From contig CASFQX010000020.1 in assembly GCA_949296375.1 (NCBI GenBank), positions 249-64,248 of the forward strand: 64,000 bases of DNA, read 5' to 3'. The translations under genes were made by a program, and so were the position numbers. The stretch is from an uncultured Olsenella sp. (GTDB taxonomy: Bacteria > Actinomycetota > Coriobacteriia > Coriobacteriales > Atopobiaceae). Positions 37,492 to 44,694 of the stretch are shown here, one piece after another. Below the pieces are notes generated by a model. The model was not told the origin of the DNA and made no database searches. It saw nothing but the letters and a program-made list of their open reading frames with translations. How positions within the stretch are numbered: position 1 is the stretch's first letter; each line of letters opens with the position of its first letter.

Positions 37492-38610
37492 CTACTCCGG
37501 CGGCCAGGTGAGGAGAGCGTCTGCGAGGCCCAGCGCGCAGACAGCCTCGACAACGGGGACCGCGCGCAGGACGGCCGTTGTGTCGTGACGCCCGTGAACC
37601 TTGAGGGTTGCGGGCTCCATCGTCGAAAGGTCGACGGAGGCCTGGTCCACCATGATGCTCGAGATGGGCTTGAAGGCGCAGCGCAGCAGCAGGGGCGCGC
37701 CGCTCGTTATGCCGCCGAGGATGCCGCCGGCGTTGTTGGTCGTCGGGACGCACGCGCCGTCGCGGATCTCGTAGGGGTCGTTGTTCTCGCTCCCGCGCAG
37801 ACGGGCAGCGGCAAAGCCGCGCCCGAACTCGACGCCCTTGACCGATGGAATGCCAAAGAGGTCGCGTGCAAGGACGTTCTCGATGCCGTCGAACATGGGG
37901 GAGCCAACGCCTGCCGGAAGTCCCGTGGCAGCGCACTCGACGATCCCACCGAGCGTGTCCTTCTGTGAGCGAGCCTCGAGCACCGCCTCGACCATGCGTG
38001 CCCCTGCGTCGGTGTCTATCGTCGGAACGCGACGACCGTCGCTGAGAGAGCGCATCTCGGCTGCGAGCGCCTCGTTTGCGTCGGGGGAGTTGTCGAGCGC
38101 CGAGAAGGGTGCGTCCTCGATGCCGGCGAGCTCCGCCACGTGCGCGCGCACGAGAACTCCTCTGCTCTCGAGCCACTGCAAAGCTATGCCGCCCGCGACG
38201 CACAGGGGCGCCGTGAGCCTCCCGGAGAAGTGACCTCCGCCGGGGACGTCCTGGGCGCCGTGCCACTTTGCCCAGGCGGTGAAGTCGGCGTGTCCGGGGC
38301 GCGGAACCTGCTGGATGTTTGCGTAGTCACCGGAGCGCGTGTTGGTGTTCTCAATGATTGCAGCGAGGGGGGCGCCACACGTCTCGCCCCGCTGGTTGAG
38401 GCCGGAGACGATGCGAGGCGCGTCGGGCTCTTTGCGCGGCGTGTCCCAGGGGTCCGACCCTGGGGATCGACGCGCCACAAAGGCGGAAAGCGCCTCGAGG
38501 TTGATTGGGAACCCTGAGGGAAGTCCCTCGATGACGCAGCCAATCGCCGGGGAGTGCGACTGTCCAAACACGGTCACTCGAAGGGTGTTTCCGAGCGTCG
38601 AGGGCATCAT
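37492..38610 (-). CDS. aroC: Chorismate synthase
   Basis: FGQSH, PRPGHAD, GGGHFSGR, KGVEFG, GGILGGIT, KPISS, GRHD. Confidence 0.95.
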   Translation of the reverse strand: MMPSTLGNTLRVTVFGQSHSPAIGCVIEGLPSGFPINLEALSAFVARRSPGSDPWDTPRKEPDAPRIVSGLNQRGETCGAPLAAIIENTNTRSGDYANIQQVPRPGHADFTAWAKWHGAQDVPGGGHFSGRLTAPLCVAGGIALQWLESRGVLVRAHVAELAGIEDAPFSALDNSPDANEALAAEMRSLSDGRRVPTIDTDAGARMVEAVLEARSQKDTLGGIVECAATGLPAGVGSPMFDGIENVLARDLFGIPSVKGVEFGRGFAAARLRGSENNDPYEIRDGACVPTTNNAGGILGGITSGAPLLLRCAFKPISSIMVDQASVDLSTMEPATLKVHGRHDTTAVLRAVPVVEAVCALGLADALLTWPPE

Positions 38611-39923
38611 GCCTCCATTCCCACGACCCCTCCGAGCTCGGAGAAGTCTCTGAAGAAGTTGGGGTAGGACTTGTTGACGCATTCGGCGCCAACAATGGTG
38701 GTGGGCTCGACGCAGCGCGTTGCCATTACGGCCGCCATCATGGCGATGCGGTGGTCGCCCGCGGCGTCTACGACACCTCCGGCCAGGGTCGAGGACCCGG
38801 TGATGAGCAGGTCGTCATCTGCTATCACACAGCTCCCTCCGAGGGCGTTGACGGCGGCGGCGACGGTCTCGAGACGGTCGGACTCCTTGAGGCGCAGACG
38901 GGAGGCGCCGGTGATGCGGGTCGTTCCCGAGGAGAATGAGGCTACCGCGGCGAGGGGAGGCACGAGGTCTGGACAGCTCGAGACATTGAGGGTGGTGGAG
39001 TGGAGGTCGGCGGGCCTCATGGCCGCACCCTCCGGGCTTCTCAGCACATGGGCGCCAAGGAGCGAGAGCGCCGCCAGGATCTGGCGGTCGCCTTGGGCGC
39101 TGGTCACGTCGAGCCCGCGTATCGCAACGCCACGTCTTCCGATTGCCCCCGCAGCGAGCCAGAACGCGGCGTTTGACCAGTCCCCTCCGATGGTGAGCGA
39201 GTCCGGGCTCCGGTACCCGCTCGCGCACACGTCAAATACCAGGGCGCGGGATCCGTCGGCGTACTGCTCGCGAGAGCTGGAGACGTCGACCCCAAAGGCC
39301 TTCATGACCTCAAGGGTGATGTCGAGGTAGGGTCGTGACTCAACGGGTTCGGAGACGACGATCTCCAGAGGTGCACCGAGCAGCGGGGCGGCGAGAAGGA
39401 GTCCGGTCACAAACTGGGACGAGACGTTTCCCGGAAGGTGGAACCTTCCTGCCCTCAGCCTTCCACCAACTGCGAGCGGAAGCTCACCCTGGCGTGAGAG
39501 GGTGGCCCCGTGTTCCAGGAGCTGCTCATAGAGGGGGGAGAGGGGCCGTTGCGGGAGGCGCCCCCGTCCCGTCATCGTTGCCTCGCACCCGAGCGCGCAG
39601 ACGACGGGGAGAAGAAACCTGAGCGTGGAGCCGGACTCCCTGCAGTCGAGGGTCGCCCCTCGGTTGGGTGCGGGAACGTTGTCGCTCGCGGAGCTTCCGC
39701 TCACGGGCCTCACGCGAAAGCCACGTTCGGTTCGAGCTATTCTCGCCCCGAGCGCCTCGAGGCAGTCTGCCGTGGCGTCGATGTCGTCCGAGGTGGTCGT
39801 GCAGTCTATGTCCGTAGTCCCCGGGGCAAACGCCGCACAGATGAGGGCGCGGTGGGTCTCGGACTTGGACGACGGGGCGCAGATCTCCCCGGCGAGTGGC
39901 GTGGGCTGAACGACTGCGTTCAA
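38607..39923 (-). CDS. aroA: EPSP synthase
   Basis: PSSKSETHR, ESGSTLRF, SSQF, RLKESDR, DHRIAM, KSYPNF; TTG start. Confidence 0.95.
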   Translation of the reverse strand: MNAVVQPTPLAGEICAPSSKSETHRALICAAFAPGTTDIDCTTTSDDIDATADCLEALGARIARTERGFRVRPVSGSSASDNVPAPNRGATLDCRESGSTLRFLLPVVCALGCEATMTGRGRLPQRPLSPLYEQLLEHGATLSRQGELPLAVGGRLRAGRFHLPGNVSSQFVTGLLLAAPLLGAPLEIVVSEPVESRPYLDITLEVMKAFGVDVSSSREQYADGSRALVFDVCASGYRSPDSLTIGGDWSNAAFWLAAGAIGRRGVAIRGLDVTSAQGDRQILAALSLLGAHVLRSPEGAAMRPADLHSTTLNVSSCPDLVPPLAAVASFSSGTTRITGASRLRLKESDRLETVAAAVNALGGSCVIADDDLLITGSSTLAGGVVDAAGDHRIAMMAAVMATRCVEPTTIVGAECVNKSYPNFFRDFSELGGVVGMEA

Positions 39924-40058
39924 GGGGTCTCCAACGTGTTCAGGGTGACAAATGCGTTCCTATGCTAGCGCGACTTGGCGAAAGGGCGCTCGCGAATCTA
40001 CGTGGTGTCACAGGCGAGAAACCCATCGTGCCGATGGGGCGGCTGTGCCCACAATTTC

Positions 40059-40220
40059 CGGTTATGCGCAATCTTTACGGTTATGCGCGGCGCCGCGAGG
40101 GAAGGTTCTTCTCGCCACGTCTTCTACCTGCTGCTTTGTGTGGGCTCGGGTTGCGCACAACCGTAGCAAGTGCGCATAACCGTTACGAATGCGCATAACC
40201 AAACGAATTGCGCATAACCG
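40059..40220. repeat. Direct repeat copy A with a 19-bp-phased CGGTTATGCGCA array
   Basis: Forward motifs at 40059, 40078; inverted at 40152, 40171, 40190, 40209; central TCTACCTGC. Confidence 0.95.
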
Positions 40221-40231
40221 TCGAAACCCGA

Positions 40232-41176
40232 TTAGCAGTGAAGCAGCTCTTGGATTAGGTTGTGCTGCAGTTGGTCATACTCCGGATTCCCGGGGAGTTT
40301 TCTCCCAAAGCACTCCATTACCTTGGATACAAGATGCCTCCGCATTCCGTCGTTTGCGAGCATGCCTGCCGTCACGGACCGGACCATCCAACCCATATCG
40401 CGAAGACCCTCGTTTCTTGTGCTGTCGGAGTCGACAGCGAATGCCGTGGAGTGCCAGAGATAACTGTCGTACTCAAGAATGATGCGAACGTCTCTCCAAC
40501 AGAGATCTACGACAACGTACGGCTTGCCCAGGGCATGTTGAAGATAGGGAGGTATCTGGATTCTCACGTTGACCTCGGGTGCAGGAAGGCTGCAACCTCC
40601 CATCTTGACGGGCAGGGTGAAGAGCAGGATGACGACCGTCTCCATGGGGGAGCGAGATCCCTCAATCGCGTGGTGCAGCGCAATTCTTGCCTGTTTGGCT
40701 CCATAGCTGTGGTTGTGGTCGAAATGCTCGCGAAGATCCGAAATCTTTGCCAAAGGGGGCCGCATGATAAAGCCGTCTTTTGCACGTGGGGTCCTCCCGT
40801 AACATCCGCAAATCTCCATTGCTGTGACGACGGCCTTTACGCTGGATTCTCGTGCGGAAATGCCTTGAAGGCAGAACTGCGGAGAGGCGAGAAGAACCTC
40901 CGGTGTCAGGCGATAGAGAGCTTCTTCGGGTAGCGGGGTGGACCAAACGTGGGATATGACCTCTTGTCTCCGCAGGCGACTTCCTGCGGAGGGAACGAGG
41001 ACGTGTAGCGGCCTCTCGGGTGTTGCCTCGATCCTCGCCGCGCGAAGGACGCTCTGGTCAAGGACGCTTTCGGTCGTGGTTGTCCAGAGAATCGGCCCTT
41101 CGACGGGGGCAATTCGTGTCGCGAGGGCGGGGTCGGCCCAGCGCGCGAGAGCGGATATGTCGTCAACGGTAATCAT
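40232..41176 (-). CDS. AbiEi-like/DUF559-like putative PD-(D/E)XK endonuclease-domain protein
   Basis: ASP, EICG.Y, SRSPMET, LP...GG..LP.P..N, DLCW, LEYDS..WH, D..R...L..MGW.V..VT; visibly lower GC than neighbours; family call from motif recognition only. Confidence 0.75.
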   Translation of the reverse strand: MITVDDISALARWADPALATRIAPVEGPILWTTTTESVLDQSVLRAARIEATPERPLHVLVPSAGSRLRRQEVISHVWSTPLPEEALYRLTPEVLLASPQFCLQGISARESSVKAVVTAMEICGCYGRTPRAKDGFIMRPPLAKISDLREHFDHNHSYGAKQARIALHHAIEGSRSPMETVVILLFTLPVKMGGCSLPAPEVNVRIQIPPYLQHALGKPYVVVDLCWRDVRIILEYDSYLWHSTAFAVDSDSTRNEGLRDMGWMVRSVTAGMLANDGMRRHLVSKVMECFGRKLPGNPEYDQLQHNLIQELLHC

Positions 41177-41423
41177 GGTGTGACAACTATAGTGATGAGG
41201 GGCAGTTTGAACCTGACACGTGTCTGCACGAGGCTGTCAGGATCGCTGAATTTGCTGGTTGGGCTATTGCGAAGAACTATCGGCCGAATTCGCCTGATTT
41301 CGCAGACGGTGGGATGAGCGCGGCAAGCGGTTCTCTGGAGGCTGGGAGGGCAGTTTTGACCCAACTCCGGCGCCATTTTGGATGATTCGCGCCGCGAATG
41401 GAAATGCTTACTTGTGCTCCGTT

Positions 41424-41566
41424 CGGTTATGCGCAATCTTTACGGTTATGCGCAGCGCCGCGAGGGAAGGTTCTTCTCGCCACGTCTTCTACCTGCGGCT
41501 TTGTGTGGGCCCGGGCTGCGCATAACCGTTGCAAGCGCACATAACCGTTGCGAGTGCGCATAACCG
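41424..41566. repeat. Direct repeat copy B
   Basis: About 10 mismatches in 142 bp versus 40059-40200; forward motifs 41424, 41443; inverted 41517, 41536, 41555. Confidence 0.95.
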
Positions 41567-41602
41567 CTGTCTTCTAGAGGTGGCGAGAAGAGCCCCTGGT
41601 TG

Positions 41603-42676
41603 CTACCGTCCTGCTTCGATAAGGTCGCGGAACTCCTCGAGGCTGACGCGTCGAACCTCGCATCGGCCCACCTCGACCGGAACCACGATGTTGACGTCGG
41701 TCCCGTGGCGCTTCTTGTCGTGCGTGGCGTAGCGCATGAGCGTCTCTGTGGGAAGATCCGTCCCAGTGGGCAGGCCATGGGCGGCGACGCAGCGCTCGAT
41801 GCGCTCAGCCGTCTCGGAGGCGCACCAGCCGCGTGCCGCCGCAGCGCGAGCCATCATGCAGAGTCCGGCAGCGACGCAAGATCCGTGACCCAGCGAGAAA
41901 TCGCTTGCGGCTTCGATGGCGTGGCCGACAGTGTGCCCCAGATTAAGGGTCTGGCGAAGTCCGCGCTCCCGCTCGTCGGCGCTTACCACGTCTCGTTTGA
42001 TGGCAACGTTGCGAGCGACGACCTCGGTGAGTCTCTCGGTATCATCGCCCACGGTGAGCGGCAGCGACTCAAGGTCATCGAGGAGGGAGGCGTCTGCGAG
42101 GACGGCGTGCTTGATTACCTCACCGCAGGAGTCGAGAAAGAGCTCTGCCGGGACGGTCGAGAGCGTCCGGACGTCGGCGACAACGAGGCTCGGCTGCCAG
42201 AAGGCGCCAACGAGGTTCTTGCCCGCGGAAAGGTCAACGGCGGTCTTTCCGCCCACGGAGGAGTCCACCATTGCGAGAAGCGAGGTGGGAACCTGCACTA
42301 CCTGAATGCCACGCAGGTAGAGCGCCGAAGCGAGGCCTCCCATGTCACCCGTCACGCCGCCGCCGAGCGCAATCACCACGTCGTCGCGTGTTAGCTCGCG
42401 CTCGGCCAGCCCCTCGAGGAGCGTCCCCAGGGTGGCAAGCGTCTTTGAAGGTTCCCCGGCGGGAAAGGTCAGGCGGGGGGCAACGCTGATTCCCTCAGCC
42501 GCGAGAGCCGCCTCGACGCCATCGGCGTAGAGCGGACCCACGGTCGTCTCGGTGATGACGCAGCAGCGCTCGCAGCCGGTCGCGGCACGCACGAGCTCGC
42601 CAAGGCGCTCGAGCAGTCCCGTTCCAACGAGAACCTCATAGGGCCGCGAGGCGGTGTCAACCTTGATCGTCTCCAT
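41603..42676 (-). CDS. aroB: 3-dehydroquinate synthase
   Basis: GEPSK, LGGGVTGD, PTSLLAMVDSSVGGKTAV, GKNLVGAF, LNLGHTVGHAIE, HDKK. Confidence 0.95.
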   Translation of the reverse strand: METIKVDTASRPYEVLVGTGLLERLGELVRAATGCERCCVITETTVGPLYADGVEAALAAEGISVAPRLTFPAGEPSKTLATLGTLLEGLAERELTRDDVVIALGGGVTGDMGGLASALYLRGIQVVQVPTSLLAMVDSSVGGKTAVDLSAGKNLVGAFWQPSLVVADVRTLSTVPAELFLDSCGEVIKHAVLADASLLDDLESLPLTVGDDTERLTEVVARNVAIKRDVVSADERERGLRQTLNLGHTVGHAIEAASDFSLGHGSCVAAGLCMMARAAAARGWCASETAERIERCVAAHGLPTGTDLPTETLMRYATHDKKRHGTDVNIVVPVEVGRCEVRRVSLEEFRDLIEAGR

Positions 42677-42677
42677 G

Positions 42678-43550
42678 CTACCTGCCCTCGATCTCACGCT
42701 TGATGCGGTCGCCCTCGGCGAGAAGAGCCTCGAGCCGCCCTGCGTCGCCTTCGGCGAGGGCGTCGCGGTACGCCGTGAGGCTCTCGATGATGACGTCGAG
42801 TTCATGGCCCAGGTGGTCCGCGTTGTCAAGGAAGAGCTCCGTCCACATGGGGGCGTTGAGACGAGCCACGCGCGTGAGGTCCTTGTAGCTACCCGCCGAG
42901 AAGCCCCGGTGGTCGCGGGCTGTGGGGCTCTTGACGTAGGCGTTGGAGACGACGTGCGCGAGCTGCGAGGTGAAGGCAATGTTGCGGTCATGCTCGTCTG
43001 CGGTTGCGAGCGTGAAGCTTCCAAACTGACAGGGTTTGAGGAGCTCCTTCAGGCGCTCGAGCACGGTCGCGCGCTCGAGGTCGTCCATGGCCGGGGGCAC
43101 CACCACCATGGGGGCACCCTTGAACATCGTGGCGCGGGCGCGGGCGAAGCCGGAGTACTGCGTGCCGGCCATGGGGTGGCACCCCACGAAGGTGAAGGGG
43201 TAGGGCTCGCAGATCCTTTCGCAGCGCTCGCAGATGACGCGCTTGACACCAACGGTGTCGATCACGATGGCTCCAGGCGAGACAAGATGCGCGTAGCGCT
43301 CGAGCCACTCCACCGTTGAGGCGGGGTATCCCGCGAGCACGATGAGCTCGCAGGTGGGAATCGTCGTCTCGTCGAGCTCGCCAGCCACGGTCTCGATCAT
43401 GGCGAGCTCGAGCGTTGAGCGCGTTCGGTTCCAGGCGAAGACCTCGACGCCTGCCGCCGCGAACGCCTTCGCGAAGGAGCCCCCCATGAGGCCGAGGCTC
43501 ACCACGCCGCAGCGGCCGGGGACAAAGGTCTGAGCGGTTGCGTCGTTCAT
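42678..43550 (-). CDS. tyrA: Prephenate dehydrogenase
   Basis: LGLMGGSFA, GCHPMAG, EHD..IAFTSQLAH, AGSYKDLTRVA, MWTELFLDN. Confidence 0.9.
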   Translation of the reverse strand: MNDATAQTFVPGRCGVVSLGLMGGSFAKAFAAAGVEVFAWNRTRSTLELAMIETVAGELDETTIPTCELIVLAGYPASTVEWLERYAHLVSPGAIVIDTVGVKRVICERCERICEPYPFTFVGCHPMAGTQYSGFARARATMFKGAPMVVVPPAMDDLERATVLERLKELLKPCQFGSFTLATADEHDRNIAFTSQLAHVVSNAYVKSPTARDHRGFSAGSYKDLTRVARLNAPMWTELFLDNADHLGHELDVIIESLTAYRDALAEGDAGRLEALLAEGDRIKREIEGR

Positions 43551-43562
43551 CTCGCCTTCCAC

Positions 43563-44588
43563 TTAGGCCTCCTCGACCGATGCGACGACTGCCTCGCGGA
43601 TGAGTGCGATGCGGCGCATGGCGTCGGTGAACTGAGCGGGCGTGAGTGCCTGGGCGCCGTCGGACCACGCCTTGGCGGGACAGTCGTGAACCTCGATCTC
43701 GAGGGCGTCGGCGCCGGCGGCAACTGCGGCGTAGGCCGCGCTGCGCACATAGCGCGTGTAGCCCGTGGCGTGGCTTGGGTCGCCGATGACGGGCAGGTGG
43801 GTGAGGTGGTGCAGGACGGGGATCGCGTTCACGTCAAAGGTGTTTCTCGTACGCGTCTCAAAGGTGCGGATGCCGCGCTCGCAGAGCATGACGTTGGCAT
43901 TGCCCTCGCTCATCACGTACTCGGCACCCATGAGCAGCTCGTCAATGGTCTCGGACATCCCACGCTTCAGCAGGACGGGCACATTGGTCTTGCCCACCTC
44001 ACGAAGGAGCGAGAAGTTCTGGGCGTTGCGGGCGCCGATCTGCATGACGTTCACGCCCTTGTCGAGAAAGAGCTGGACGTCGCGTGGGTCCATTACCTCG
44101 GTGACAACTGGCATTCCGAGCTCCGCGCCCGCCTCCATGAGGAGGTCGAGGCCCTCGGCGCCCATGCCCTGAGAGGTGTAGGGCGAGGTGCGGGGCTTGA
44201 AGGCACCGCCGCGCAGCATCGTGGCGCCGGCCGCCTTCACGGCACGCGCGATTTCGATGAGGTTCTCCCCCTCGACAGAGCACGGTCCCGCGATTACCTG
44301 GAAGTTGCCGCCGCCGACGAGCACGCCGTGGCCGCAGTCGACGATCGTGTCCTCGGGGTGGAACTTACGGTTGGCAAGTTTGTAGGGCTCCGAGACGCGC
44401 TGAACGCGTTCGACAATGTCCATGCTCTCGAGGATGAAGGGGTCGATGCGCGTGGTGTCACCGATGATGCCGATGATAGTCTCGCTCGCACCCTGCGAAA
44501 CGTTTGTCCTGAAGCCACGGTCCTCGATCCAGCTGACGAGGTGGTCGAGCTGCTCGTCCGTTGCGCTTTCCCTGACTACTGCGATCAT
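43563..44588 (-). CDS. aroF: DAHP synthase, type I-beta, with N-terminal regulatory domain
   Basis: IAGPCSVE, RGGAFKPRTSPY, QIGARN, LLKRG, CERGIRTFE, DPSH, SDG. Confidence 0.95.
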   Translation of the reverse strand: MIAVVRESATDEQLDHLVSWIEDRGFRTNVSQGASETIIGIIGDTTRIDPFILESMDIVERVQRVSEPYKLANRKFHPEDTIVDCGHGVLVGGGNFQVIAGPCSVEGENLIEIARAVKAAGATMLRGGAFKPRTSPYTSQGMGAEGLDLLMEAGAELGMPVVTEVMDPRDVQLFLDKGVNVMQIGARNAQNFSLLREVGKTNVPVLLKRGMSETIDELLMGAEYVMSEGNANVMLCERGIRTFETRTRNTFDVNAIPVLHHLTHLPVIGDPSHATGYTRYVRSAAYAAVAAGADALEIEVHDCPAKAWSDGAQALTPAQFTDAMRRIALIREAVVASVEEA

Positions 44589-44694
44589 GGGGTCTCCTCA
44601 TGGGTTTGGGTGAGCTGCCGCGCGATGATACCACGGGGTTGTGACCGTGTGGTTACGAACGCGTTCCGTTGGTTCCGCGGAGGCGGGATGGCGC

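Larger units (their letters stand above)
40059..41566 (-). mobile_element. Putative mobile cassette: repeat - nuclease-like gene - repeat, lying inside the aro cluster
   Basis: Two ~142-bp direct repeats offset by 1365 bp enclose a single atypical gene between aroB and aroA. Confidence 0.6.

Noticed and set aside
39975-40166. Small ORFs (NLYGYA.RREGRFF) repeated near 40070 and 41430
   Set aside because: They are translations of the direct repeat itself, with no RBS or coding signature
40059-41566. Classical IS element, or complete type IV toxin-antitoxin (AbiE) pair
   Set aside because: No transposase motifs, terminal inverted repeats or target-site duplication found; no nucleotidyltransferase toxin gene adjacent
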